Assembly (NCBI GenBank): GCA_945936265.1
Contig: CAMETB010000001.1
Coordinates: 1 to 33,335 of the forward strand
DNA length: 33,335 nucleotides
Origin: an uncultured Clostridia bacterium
GTDB lineage: Bacteria > Bacillota > Clostridia > Oscillospirales > CAG-272
Direction: 5' to 3'
Shown here: piece after piece, positions 1 to 9,248 of the stretch
Numbering within the stretch: position 1 is the stretch's first letter
Layout of the letters: each line of letters opens with the position of its first letter
Notes under the pieces: model-generated
What the model was told of the DNA's origin: nothing
Databases searched by the model: none
Seen by the model: only the letters and a program-made list of their open reading frames with translations
Made by a program: the position numbers and the translations under genes

Positions 1-1
1 G

Positions 2-3000
2 TACTACCCGGGAGAGCTTGATATACATTTTTCAAGCAGTTCACCCGATGTTGCTAGCGTTGACGAATACACGGGAGTTGTAAAGACTATGCGTGAGGGT
101 ACCGCTTACATAACCGCAACTCAGTATGTAAACGGAAAGCCATCGGCATTTGCGGTAACCGCAAAATTGAATGTAGGGCCCGAATTTGATGTACAAAACG
201 GCGTTTTAAGAGGCTATTATGGTCTGGGCGGCAAGGTCACGATTCCAAAGAGCCTTAACGTATACTACATCTATGAGGAAGCATTCAAGGACAACAATAA
301 CATAACTGAACTTGAAATATCCTCTCCGTGTATGGAAATACAGCACGCCGCATTCAGCGGTATGACATCACTCAAACGAGTTATACTTCCTCAGAGCGTT
401 ACATTCGTTGCAAGTGACGCATTCAAGGATTGCACAGCACTCGAACGCATAGACCTGCGTTCACGCGCGATAACATTCAATGACCGTTGCTTCCAGGGGT
501 GCTCATCCCTTAAATATGTAAACAACCTTGTTGTTACCGACAACTCAGTGGACACGAAGGTTGCGAACATCCTCGATCTTGACGATACGCAGTTCTTGCG
601 CACTTCACCGCAGATAGGAACTCTCGGTAACGATGCTTTCAAAGGCTGTACGAGCCTCGAAAGCGTGGATATAACGGAATTGCGCGTAAGTGGCAGCAGC
701 GTATTCTCGGGTTGCACCTCACTTAAAGAGGTTACAATGTCGTCGCACACGGTTCTTGGTGACCTTATGTTTGAGGATTGCTCAAAACTTTCGACGATAA
801 GCCTTACGGATACAGATGAATTCTTTGCAAAAGGAGCAAAACTTATATTCTCGGGATGCGCCGTTACCGAATTCAGATTCAAAAACGGAACAAGCGGTAT
901 ATACTATGTAAATCCCGAAGACGGATGCTACTATACCGACAACACTCTTGAAACGCTTGTATTTGTTCCTCAGAACAAGACTTCATATACCGCCCCGTCA
1001 CAACTTAAGACAATTCTTGCGGGTGCCTTTGCAGGAAACAGAAACTTAAAGAACGTAAATCTCGGAATCGTTGAAAAGATAGGCGATTACGCGTTTGCGG
1101 ACACTTATCTTACATATAATTCTTCCCCCCTTACCGTTCCTTCAACGGTTACAGAGATGGGAGAGGGCGTATTTTACAGCTGCCCCTACCTTGCAAAAGT
1201 CAAGTTTGACGCAAGCGTAAGCAAACTGCCCGCCCGCACCTTTGAGATGTCGGGACTTGATACGATAACACTTAACAGTTACGTAAAATCTCTCGGAGAT
1301 TACTCACTTGCATATACTGATCTTGTAAATCTCGATCTTTCTTCTTCATCAGTTAGTGAGCTTGGGAATTATGTTCTCGCCTATACCTATTTGCTTGAAA
1401 CGGTAAAATTCCCTGCTCTTTCAAAGGTGGGAAGATATACATTCTTCTATGCACCGTCCGCCATGTTTACAAATCAACCTGAAGAGTATCCCTTAAGAAG
1501 CGTAAGTTTTGCAGAAGGAACTACTTCAATAGGTAAGGGAACATTCTACGGATACAACGGATTTTCGAAACTTACGGAAATAATACTTCCGGACAGCGTT
1601 AAAAACAGCGTTACCGAAATAGGTGACTTTACATTCTACGGATGTACGGCTCTTAACTCTTTGAACCTCGGCAAGATAACCTCGGTAGGTGATTATGCGT
1701 TCTACTACTGTGCGTCGCTTGAAGGACTTGATACCTCTGAGCTTACAAAAGTAGGTACAGGAGCGTTTAACGGTTGTGTAAAGCAGTCGTTCGACCTTAC
1801 AAAAGTAAAGGAAATAGGGGACTATGCGTTTGCTAACACCTCCGTGCAGACAGTTGATCTCTCTGCTTGCGAAAAGATAGGAAAATATGCTTTCAGCGCA
1901 AGTAAATTGCATACTATAAACAACCTTAACTCTGTTAAAACGATAGGCGATTACGCATTCAAGGACACTTTCTTAAATGGAACATTTACTCTCCCCGCTA
2001 CTCTGAAAAACGAAAGAGGTTCTCTCGGTGTCGGGCTGCTTATGGGTACATCGGTATCAGAAATAGCACTTGATGGCACAAACGATGTTTATTTCACAAA
2101 AGACGGGGTTCTCCTCTCCGTTCTTCCCAACGGCTCTTATCAGATAGAGATTTATCCGTGCGGAAAAGTGCTCGCGGAATATACGGTTCCCGACGGAGTA
2201 GTAAGAATACAGGACAGTGCGTTTGCAACTGCAAACAACCTTAAAAAAGTATCGTTCTCGTCCGATATCAAAGCAATAGGTGACAAAGCGTTTTATAAAT
2301 GTTCCGCCACCTCTTACTCGTTCTCGGGTCTTAATGCACCGCTGCTTGAAGCTTATATAGTAAAAGACTTTACAAATGAGGCGGAAAAATATATATTCTC
2401 GCAGTCAAGCGAAGTTGACAGAAGAGCCCAGGATGCAAAAGCGGAAGAAAAATATTACGCGAACTTCTCCGACTATGCGGCGCTTGTACTCTATCCCGAA
2501 CTTTCAAATAAGGATTCACTCGGTCTTTCCCTCTCATATCCTTCAAATGCTGCAGGCTTTGAGGGACGCATCTGGAACCTGTTCTTTGAAAATGTAAGCA
2601 AGACGGATATAATTCCCGAGCAGGATACAAAAGACGCCATAGATGCTATTGAAGCATTGCCTGAGGTGAGCAAAATAAACGCCCTTAAAGATATGTCGGA
2701 CAAAGACAATGCAAAAGCATTGCTCGAAGCCTACAAATCGCAGGTAAAGAGTGCGAGAAGTGCTTACAACAAGGTTACGAATGTCGATCAGAAGACATTT
2801 ATAACCGACGACGAAAAGCTGTTCAATGCGGAACTTGCAATACGCAATGCCCGCAAAGCGTTCGGAGAAACGATAACCATTTCCGAACTCCGCGTAAAGA
2901 CTTCCCCGACAAAACTCGTATATACGGACGGAGAAATGTTTGACGCAACCGGTATGGTTCTTACGGTAATTTACGACGACTCATCCGAAGAGAATGTATC

Positions 3001-3403
3001 GAGCGGATTTACGCTTCCCACAGAACCGCTTACCGCAGGACAACAGATGGTAACGTTTACTTATATGGGCATAGAAAAGCAGATTTCCATAACCGTAAAC
3101 AATTCATCTTCGACGGATACAGACACCGACACCGATACCGATACGGATACCGACACGGCTACAGGTACCGAGACGGACACGGACTCATCGACTGAAACAT
3201 CCGGTGGTGAGAGCAACGGCAACGGACTGAAGCCCGGCGTGATTATCGGAATAATTGTAGGAATCGCAGTTGTTGCCGGGGGATCGGTTTGCGCTGTATG
3301 GTTCTTTAACAAGAAGAAACTTTTAAGCAACACAACAACCGAACAAGTCGCAAATACAGACAATGCCGGAAACGATAAGGACGACGGCTCGTCGGAAAAA
3401 TAA
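2..3403 (+). CDS. Cell-surface leucine-rich-repeat protein (BspA-like LRR repeats), 5'-partial, with a C-terminal Ig-like module, Thr/Asp stalk and single transmembrane anchor
   Basis: The frame is open from nt 2 up to the listed ATG at 89. The upstream peptide YYPGELDIHFSSSSPDVASVDEYTGVVKTMREGTAYITAT reads like the end of a Big_2-type Ig domain, so the gene starts upstream of the window. It carries many copies of the ~23-25 aa xIGdyAFxxCxxLxxVxLPxSV repeat. An Ig-like module follows (ISELRVKTSPTKLVYTDGEMFDATGMVLTVIYDD...VTFTYMGIEKQISITVN), then (TD)n, then the helix GVIIGIIVGIAVVAGGSVCAVWFF followed by NKKK. There is no LPXTG motif. Confidence 0.85.
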   Translation, partial: YYPGELDIHFSSSSPDVASVDEYTGVVKTMREGTAYITATQYVNGKPSAFAVTAKLNVGPEFDVQNGVLRGYYGLGGKVTIPKSLNVYYIYEEAFKDNNNITELEISSPCMEIQHAAFSGMTSLKRVILPQSVTFVASDAFKDCTALERIDLRSRAITFNDRCFQGCSSLKYVNNLVVTDNSVDTKVANILDLDDTQFLRTSPQIGTLGNDAFKGCTSLESVDITELRVSGSSVFSGCTSLKEVTMSSHTVLGDLMFEDCSKLSTISLTDTDEFFAKGAKLIFSGCAVTEFRFKNGTSGIYYVNPEDGCYYTDNTLETLVFVPQNKTSYTAPSQLKTILAGAFAGNRNLKNVNLGIVEKIGDYAFADTYLTYNSSPLTVPSTVTEMGEGVFYSCPYLAKVKFDASVSKLPARTFEMSGLDTITLNSYVKSLGDYSLAYTDLVNLDLSSSSVSELGNYVLAYTYLLETVKFPALSKVGRYTFFYAPSAMFTNQPEEYPLRSVSFAEGTTSIGKGTFYGYNGFSKLTEIILPDSVKNSVTEIGDFTFYGCTALNSLNLGKITSVGDYAFYYCASLEGLDTSELTKVGTGAFNGCVKQSFDLTKVKEIGDYAFANTSVQTVDLSACEKIGKYAFSASKLHTINNLNSVKTIGDYAFKDTFLNGTFTLPATLKNERGSLGVGLLMGTSVSEIALDGTNDVYFTKDGVLLSVLPNGSYQIEIYPCGKVLAEYTVPDGVVRIQDSAFATANNLKKVSFSSDIKAIGDKAFYKCSATSYSFSGLNAPLLEAYIVKDFTNEAEKYIFSQSSEVDRRAQDAKAEEKYYANFSDYAALVLYPELSNKDSLGLSLSYPSNAAGFEGRIWNLFFENVSKTDIIPEQDTKDAIDAIEALPEVSKINALKDMSDKDNAKALLEAYKSQVKSARSAYNKVTNVDQKTFITDDEKLFNAELAIRNARKAFGETITISELRVKTSPTKLVYTDGEMFDATGMVLTVIYDDSSEENVSSGFTLPTEPLTAGQQMVTFTYMGIEKQISITVNNSSSTDTDTDTDTDTDTDTATGTETDTDSSTETSGGESNGNGLKPGVIIGIIVGIAVVAGGSVCAVWFFNKKKLLSNTTTEQVANTDNAGNDKDDGSSEK
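3113..3184 (+). repeat. Imperfect ACN-GAY (Thr-Asp) hexanucleotide tandem repeat inside the LRR protein gene
   Basis: acg gat aca gac acc gac acc gat acc gat acg gat acc gac encodes (TD)7. It then degenerates to TATGTETDTD. This is a coding low-complexity linker between the Ig-like module and the TM anchor. Confidence 0.9.
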
Positions 3404-3429
3404 GCAAAAGCAAATGCAATAACTAAAAT

Positions 3430-3468
3430 AAAAATACTGTCTTCTTGCGAGGACAGTATTTTTATTTT
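3430..3468. terminator. Bidirectional intrinsic terminator between the convergent LRR gene and SDR gene
   Basis: AATACTGTCTTC / GAGGACAGTATT forms a stem of about 12 bp (one G-U pair) with loop TTGC. An A-run lies 5' and TTTATTTT lies 3'. Confidence 0.75.
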
Positions 3469-3475
3469 AAAGGGA

Positions 3476-3501
3476 AACCGCCTGCTGAAAAGCAGACGGT
3501 T
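3476..3501 (-). terminator. Second hairpin downstream of the SDR gene
   Basis: AACCGCCTGCT-GAAA-AGCAGACGGTT forms an 11-bp stem with one mismatch. On the minus strand it is followed by TTTCCCTTTAAAATAAAAA. Confidence 0.5.
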
Positions 3502-3533
3502 TAAGGTTTCAAAGAATTAGAGTGCGCAGTAGG

Positions 3534-4334
3534 TTACCAGGTACGGGATTTCATTTCCTTGAACTGCCCGACGGTGGAAACGTGAGCGTTGAGTCCTCCG
3601 TCAACGGTTACAACCTGTCCCGTGAAGTATTCGCTCTCGTCGGAAGCGAGGTATATGCACATGTTGGCAATGTCCTCGGGGCATCCGTAACGGTTTACCA
3701 TTATGTTGTTAAGGAATATGTCCTTAAGAACCTGGGGAACGTGTGCCTCGTTGTCGGGAGTTACGATAAGTCCCGGACGAACGCAGTTGCAACGGATATT
3801 GTCCTTGCCATACTGCAATGCGGTGGACTTGGTAAGCATATCAACTCCTGCCTTTGCGCAAGCATACGCAGTTGAGCCGAGGTCTCCTCCGCAGGAAGCC
3901 ATGGAGCCTATATTAATGATAGAGCCGCCCTTGTTTTCTTTCATGTAAGGCAATACAGTCTTTATTGCATAGAAAGTTCCTCTCATGTCGCTGTTGAAGA
4001 TATTATCCCACATCTCGACGGTAAGTTCGTCAACACGTCCGTCTTTCAGAGCAACGTTTGCGGCGTTATTTACAAGAACGTCTATCTTGCCGTACTTCTC
4101 GGCGGTGTCCTTAAACAAAGCGTCGATACTTGATGTGTCGGTGATGTCCATGAAATGATAGGAAGCCTCGCCACCCTCTTTTACAATAGCGTCGACAACT
4201 GCCTGTCCCTTTGCCTCACGGCGTCCGCAGACAACGACTTTCGCGCCCTCTTTTGCAAAAAGTTTTGCAATTCCTACCCCGATACCGCTTGTGGAACCGG
4301 TTACGATTGCTACTTTACCTTTTAATCTTTCCAT
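3534..4334 (-). CDS. Classical short-chain dehydrogenase/reductase (SDR) family oxidoreductase
   Basis: It has the TGSTSGIGVGIA cofactor motif (TGxxxGxG), NNAA, and the catalytic YACAKAGV (YxxxK). I prefer the start at MERLKGK (ATG 4334) because GGAGG lies 8 nt upstream. The track's ATG at 4349 overlaps that ribosome-binding site. Confidence 0.85.
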   Translation of the reverse strand: MERLKGKVAIVTGSTSGIGVGIAKLFAKEGAKVVVCGRREAKGQAVVDAIVKEGGEASYHFMDITDTSSIDALFKDTAEKYGKIDVLVNNAANVALKDGRVDELTVEMWDNIFNSDMRGTFYAIKTVLPYMKENKGGSIINIGSMASCGGDLGSTAYACAKAGVDMLTKSTALQYGKDNIRCNCVRPGLIVTPDNEAHVPQVLKDIFLNNIMVNRYGCPEDIANMCIYLASDESEYFTGQVVTVDGGLNAHVSTVGQFKEMKSRTW

Positions 4335-4375
4335 TTTGAAATCCTCCATATATTAAAATAAACCATCCAACGAAC

Positions 4376-4404
4376 ATAATAAACCTTTTCGGTTGATAAG
4401 TCAA
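4376..4404 (-). promoter_or_regulatory. Sigma-A-type promoter for the SDR gene
   Basis: The minus strand reads TTGACT - 17 nt - TATTAT. The spacer contains the small palindrome AACCGAAAAGGTT. Confidence 0.5.
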
Positions 4405-4440
4405 TAGTTTACAAGAGATTTTCACTTAATTTTCAAAAAA

Positions 4441-5604
4441 TTACTGTCTTTTTGCAAGGCGTGAAATGCCCTCTTGTACCGCTGCTGCAAATTCATCCGC
4501 TTCCTCGGTTGTGTTTTGCGCTCCTATGCTTACCCTCAAAGTGCTGTCTGCATCTTCTCTTTTAAGTCCGAAGGCGGTAAGCGCACGGCTTACCTTGTTT
4601 GAATGTGACGAGCAGGCGGAACCGCTTGATACATATATGCCCTTTGACGAGAGAAAATGAAGCATTGTTTCGCTCTTTATTCCTCTGGTTGTAAAACTTA
4701 TTATATGCGGTGCTCTCTGCCTTGGCAGATTTACGCTTACACCGTCGATTTTCAAAAGATTGTTCGTTATATAGTCGCGTAGTGCAGTCATTTTTGAAAC
4801 GTCCTGTGCAAAAGAGGTCTTATGCTCCGACGCCGCCTCGGCAAAAGCGGCTATGGCGCAGACGTTTTCGGTTCCGGAGCGGATTCCGTTTTCCTGCCCT
4901 CCGCCGAATACTATCGGGGCTATTTTCTTTGATTTGAGTATATCGGGAGAAATATAAAGGGCACCTGTTCCCCTTGCGCCGTTTATCTTGTGCGAGCTTA
5001 TGCTTATAAGATCGGCACCAAGAGATTTCGGCGTGAATTTTACTTTCATATAGGATTGAACGCAGTCGGAGTGGGTAACCGCCGAGGGCGACATCTCTTT
5101 TACCGCCGCAAATGCATCGGCTACATTGTAGAGTGCGCCCGTTTCGTTGTTGACGTGCATAAAACTTGCAAGAATAGTTCCCTTGGCGTTTTCCCTTATA
5201 AAATCGATATCAAGTTTGCCCGAATATGTGGGGACTCTTAAAACCGTAAATCCACGTTCTTCGAGAAATTCTGCGCAATTTTCCACGCATGAATGTTCTC
5301 CGTCCGTTATAAGTATTTTCTCGTTGCCCGAGCGTCGCTTTGCAAACACGGTGCCGAGTATTGCAAGGTTGTTTGACTCCGTGCCGCCGGAGGTAAACAC
5401 AAGCTCGCCCTTTGTCGCCCTTGTAATTCCGAGAGTTTCGAGTATAGTCCTCCTTGCTCCCTCGAGGATATTTTCGGCGTCCAGTCCCCTTGTGTGAAGC
5501 GATGAGGGGTTGCCGTAATGGTCCTTTATTATTTCCACCATTCTGGAAGCGGCACCCTCCGACATTTTCGTCGTTGCGCTGTTATCAAAATAAATTTCTT
5601 TCAT
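4441..5604 (-). CDS. nifS: Cysteine desulfurase (NifS/IscS-type class V aminotransferase)
   Basis: The N-terminus is MKEIYFDNSATT. It has the PLP lysine motif SSHKINGARGTGALY and the active-site Cys loop SSGSACSS. Length is 387 aa. Confidence 0.85.
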   Translation of the reverse strand: MKEIYFDNSATTKMSEGAASRMVEIIKDHYGNPSSLHTRGLDAENILEGARRTILETLGITRATKGELVFTSGGTESNNLAILGTVFAKRRSGNEKILITDGEHSCVENCAEFLEERGFTVLRVPTYSGKLDIDFIRENAKGTILASFMHVNNETGALYNVADAFAAVKEMSPSAVTHSDCVQSYMKVKFTPKSLGADLISISSHKINGARGTGALYISPDILKSKKIAPIVFGGGQENGIRSGTENVCAIAAFAEAASEHKTSFAQDVSKMTALRDYITNNLLKIDGVSVNLPRQRAPHIISFTTRGIKSETMLHFLSSKGIYVSSGSACSSHSNKVSRALTAFGLKREDADSTLRVSIGAQNTTEEADEFAAAVQEGISRLAKRQ

Positions 5605-5612
5605 TTTGAGCC

Positions 5613-6164
5613 TTAATTGAATTTCATATTTTCTATTATGGAATTTACCGTGCCAAGATTTTTTGAGAAAAGACTGTTTTCATCGTCGATCTCGCCCATC
5701 GAAGTATAGGTTATTACGTATATACTACCGTTTCTTACGGTTGCAACCACCAAGAAGGTATACTTTACCCCACCTTTGAGCGTTCCATAATAAATATATT
5801 TGCTTGCCGCCTTGCCGTCAACTACCGTTTTTTCTCCTTCAGTTACTACAGTCATCTCAGCAAATATATTATTCATTTGTTCTTTGTAATCTTCCCACCA
5901 TGCGTCGATTGACGATATTTCGTCCGTGAGATTCCACTGTGCCACGCTGACGCTTGAACAGTCTGTTTTCGACACTTGTACACTCGTTGCTCCGTTCCTT
6001 GTGACAATCATCCATTCTTCAGGGACGAAAAGCGAATAGTCCACTACGCTCGTATCCGAGGCAAGCTTCATACCCTTCGGCACGTCATCTTTATCTGAAC
6101 ACGATGTAAATGCACACACAATAAGAACTATTGATAATGTTGACAAAATTCTTCTTACTTTCAT
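5613..6164 (-). CDS. Lipoprotein of unknown function
   Basis: The signal peptide and lipobox read MKVRRILSTLSIVLIVCAFTS|CSDKDD. I recognise no catalytic motifs. Its start overlaps the stop of the upstream M42 gene by 4 nt (ATGA). Confidence 0.65.
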   Translation of the reverse strand: MKVRRILSTLSIVLIVCAFTSCSDKDDVPKGMKLASDTSVVDYSLFVPEEWMIVTRNGATSVQVSKTDCSSVSVAQWNLTDEISSIDAWWEDYKEQMNNIFAEMTVVTEGEKTVVDGKAASKYIYYGTLKGGVKYTFLVVATVRNGSIYVITYTSMGEIDDENSLFSKNLGTVNSIIENMKFN

Positions 6165-7141
6165 ATTTCCTCCGCAATTTTTAAGACTAATTTAAGGGTT
6201 TCTTCTGCGTCCTTTATGTCTATTATCTCCGAGGATGTGTGGATATTTGCGCACGGAACTGATATTGCGCCCGCAAGGCAACCCATAGCACCTTTCTGCA
6301 ATGCTTTGGCGTCACCGTCTGCACCCGAGGCAACTACCTCGCATTGATATTTTATCGAGTTACATGATGATATTTCACGTAGTTTTTCCACTATCTCGGG
6401 GGAATAAATCATTCTCGACGTCTTTATTTTTATCGACACTCCATCGCCTAAAACCACATTTCCGTCCGATACCGAGGACTTGTCCTTTGCGTCGGTCGTA
6501 TCAACTGCTATGGCTATATCGGGTTTTACCGAATAAGCGGCAACCCTGGCACCCCTCGAATATACCTCTTGTTGTACGGTAAATACGAAATAGAGGTCGT
6601 TTTTAGTTTCCTTTATCTGCTTTATCGCTTCAATGATAATTGCACAACCGACTTTGCCGTCAAACGAGTGACCCGCATATACGTTCGAGAGAAGTTTTGT
6701 CATCTTCGGTGCGGGAACGAAAAAGTCGCCAACTTTCACCTTTGATTTTGCCTGTTTTTCGCTCTTTGCGCCTATATCTATATAAACGCTGTCTGCTTTC
6801 GGTATCTCGCTGTCCTTTTCGGACACAATAACACCCTTTACTCCGTTTTCGGAAACGACTTCCGAATATGAAAAGGCGAGAAAATCAATATCTCCGACAG
6901 GGCTTACTCTTATTGCTCCGTTCTTTTCAATAAAGGTTACGAAAAACCCGATACTGTCGGTATGTGCGGCAAAAAGAAGCTTTTTGCCGTTGCCTTTTTT
7001 ATGGGCGATGAGGTTGCCCATGGCGTCGGTTTGCATATCATCAACGTAAGGGGCTATCTCCTCTTTTATCAAATCTCTTACCTGTGCTTCCCTGCCTGAA
7101 ATGCCGGTGGCATTTACGAGTTTTTTCAAAACAGAAATCAT
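6161..7141 (-). CDS. M42 (TET/FrvX-type) aminopeptidase paralog with a degenerate active site
   Basis: Family signatures are present but altered relative to its two neighbours. AAHTDSIGF replaces AHxDEvG. SFDGKVGCA replaces ALDDxxxC. FTVQQEVYSRGA replaces xxxEExGxxGA. AIAVDTTDA and ANIHTSSE are retained. Confidence 0.8.
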   Translation of the reverse strand: MISVLKKLVNATGISGREAQVRDLIKEEIAPYVDDMQTDAMGNLIAHKKGNGKKLLFAAHTDSIGFFVTFIEKNGAIRVSPVGDIDFLAFSYSEVVSENGVKGVIVSEKDSEIPKADSVYIDIGAKSEKQAKSKVKVGDFFVPAPKMTKLLSNVYAGHSFDGKVGCAIIIEAIKQIKETKNDLYFVFTVQQEVYSRGARVAAYSVKPDIAIAVDTTDAKDKSSVSDGNVVLGDGVSIKIKTSRMIYSPEIVEKLREISSCNSIKYQCEVVASGADGDAKALQKGAMGCLAGAISVPCANIHTSSEIIDIKDAEETLKLVLKIAEEI

Positions 7142-8190
7142 ATTTTCTCCTTTTCCGTTTGCCCAAGAGGCAAATCTTTATTCGTTATTACAGCATAAAC
7201 GGCGTCGTATATACTTACTATATCGCTGTAAGATACAACGTCGGACGGTGAGTGAATGTATCTTGACGGAGCGGATATTGCAAGAACTTTTGCCCCACAC
7301 GCGCTTCTTTGAATGTGCGATGCGTCGTTACCGCCCGACACGTACTGCTTTATCTGATATTTTATATTTTCTCTTTCGAGAATATCGGTTACAAATCTCA
7401 TATAGTCACGGTCGTATATCGTCGCCCTGTCGGCGAAGGATATCGCGCCTCCCTTGCCCAAAGCGGCAACCCTCGATTTCGGCGCAACTCCCGAAATATC
7501 CGCAACCGCCGTTGACTCAATGACTATCGCATAGTCGGGTTTTATCCTCTCGGCGGCGGCAAATGCGCCCGAAAATCCAAGTTCCTCTCTGTCCGTAAAG
7601 GAGAAATAAAGGTCATACGGAATTTTGTCTTTGACTTTAATAAGATTTTTTGCAAGGGTGCACATAACGGCGCAACCGAGCCTGTCATCAAGCGCTTTCG
7701 CTTTTATAAATCCGTCACCGAACTCAACGTATTCCGAATCAAAAGCGAAATAATCTCCGACTCTGACAAGTTTTTTTGCCTCTTCCTTGTTTCTTGCTCC
7801 TATAAAGATGTACATATCCTTTATCTCGGTGCGCGCTTTTCTCTCGTCCGCACTTTGAAGGTGTATCGGCTTTGAGAGTATCGCACCCGAAACTCCGTTT
7901 TCGGACACCACTCTTTTTGAAGACAGAACAAGCGGGTCTATACCGCCGACGCATCCGAATTTAACGCAGCCGTCTGAGGTTATGCCCGTTACCATAAGTC
8001 CCACCTCGTCCATATGGGCGCTTATCATAAGTTTCGGTGCTCCCTCTTTTGCTATCCTTATGGTAACCGCACCCAAGGTATCTATTGTCGGGTTAAGTTC
8101 CGAAAGATTTTTTACTATTATATCTCTTACGCTATCAACGCAGCCGCTCGGTCCGAAGGCGGAGCAAAATTCTTTTAACAGTTCTTTCAT
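7138..8190 (-). CDS. M42 family aminopeptidase
   Basis: Motifs are SAHMDEVGLMV, KALDDRLGCAV, FTDREELGFSGA and SRYIHSPSD. There is a 4-nt overlap with the downstream paralog. Confidence 0.85.
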   Translation of the reverse strand: MKELLKEFCSAFGPSGCVDSVRDIIVKNLSELNPTIDTLGAVTIRIAKEGAPKLMISAHMDEVGLMVTGITSDGCVKFGCVGGIDPLVLSSKRVVSENGVSGAILSKPIHLQSADERKARTEIKDMYIFIGARNKEEAKKLVRVGDYFAFDSEYVEFGDGFIKAKALDDRLGCAVMCTLAKNLIKVKDKIPYDLYFSFTDREELGFSGAFAAAERIKPDYAIVIESTAVADISGVAPKSRVAALGKGGAISFADRATIYDRDYMRFVTDILERENIKYQIKQYVSGGNDASHIQRSACGAKVLAISAPSRYIHSPSDVVSYSDIVSIYDAVYAVITNKDLPLGQTEKEKI

Positions 8191-8202
8191 TTTTGCTCCT
8201 CC

Positions 8203-9231
8203 TCAAAGTCCTTTCGTTGCGTATATTGCTCTTAAAATATCGGCAAGGGATTCTATGTCTTTAATGGATACCGCCTCGCTCGTTGTGTGCATTGCCATAA
8301 GAGGAATACTCATAACCGCTGTGCGGACACCCGTGCCGCTTATCATAATAAGTTCATTGTTGGTACCTGTCGAATCCGGCTCACATATCGTCTGATATAT
8401 AATGCCGTTTTGCTCCGCCGTTTTCATAATCTCTTTTGTAAGACGCCTGTCCGTAAGGGCGGAAATATCTATCCCGGCACCACCGCCGCACTCTATTGAC
8501 TCAAACTCCGTGACGTTTTCACATTTTGCAAAATTGACGTCTGTTATTATGGCAAGGTCGGGCTTTATATCCGATGCTACAAACGAAGCACCGCATCCGC
8601 CAGTTTCCTCCTGCGCGGAAACCGTAAGATAAACATCATATGCGAGTTTTGACTTGTCCGTATTCATAAGAGAAACGAGAGCGGCGCAAACGCACGCTTT
8701 ATCGTCAAGCGCACGTGACAAAACGTAACCGTTTGATATCTCCTTAAAATCACCTTTCAGGCGGACCGGGTCTCCCACACGGACAATAGAAGAAAGTTCC
8801 TCTTTTGTGTAGCCTGTGTCTATTATTATATCGTCTATCTTAGGAGTGGATTTGGACGACTTTTCGCTCTGCAGATGGGGAGGGGTTGACGCTATTACAC
8901 CGTATATCTCTTTTTTCCCGTAAACCGTTACCTCAGCGGCGGGAAAAATCCTTGTGTCAAGTCCCCCCACGTCCGAAATATGCAAAAATCCGTCTTCCTC
9001 GATTGACGAAACAACCATACCCACCTCGTCAAAGTGAGCGTCGACAAGAAGTTTCGGCGCGTGTTCGCACTCGGATTTCATAACGAAAACACAGTTGCCG
9101 AATTTATCGACGTAGGCATTATCAAAATAACCCCCGTATCTGTCGGCAAGTTTTTTTGCCGAGGCGTGTTCATGCCCCGAAACGCTTACCGCAGAACAAA
9201 GGTCTTTTAATATTTCCTTTGTTTTTTCCAT
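8203..9231 (-). CDS. M42 family aminopeptidase
   Basis: Motifs are DAHFDEVGMVV, RALDDKACVCA, VSAQEETGGCGA, LAIITDVNFA and MAMHTTSE. Confidence 0.85.
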   Translation of the reverse strand: MEKTKEILKDLCSAVSVSGHEHASAKKLADRYGGYFDNAYVDKFGNCVFVMKSECEHAPKLLVDAHFDEVGMVVSSIEEDGFLHISDVGGLDTRIFPAAEVTVYGKKEIYGVIASTPPHLQSEKSSKSTPKIDDIIIDTGYTKEELSSIVRVGDPVRLKGDFKEISNGYVLSRALDDKACVCAALVSLMNTDKSKLAYDVYLTVSAQEETGGCGASFVASDIKPDLAIITDVNFAKCENVTEFESIECGGGAGIDISALTDRRLTKEIMKTAEQNGIIYQTICEPDSTGTNNELIMISGTGVRTAVMSIPLMAMHTTSEAVSIKDIESLADILRAIYATKGL

Positions 9232-9248
9232 ATCTTATTACTCCTTTT

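Noticed and set aside
3113-3184. I considered whether the short tandem repeat could be a CRISPR or other non-coding array.
   Set aside because: The unit is 6 nt and in frame within a long ORF, encoding Thr-Asp. There are no spacers.
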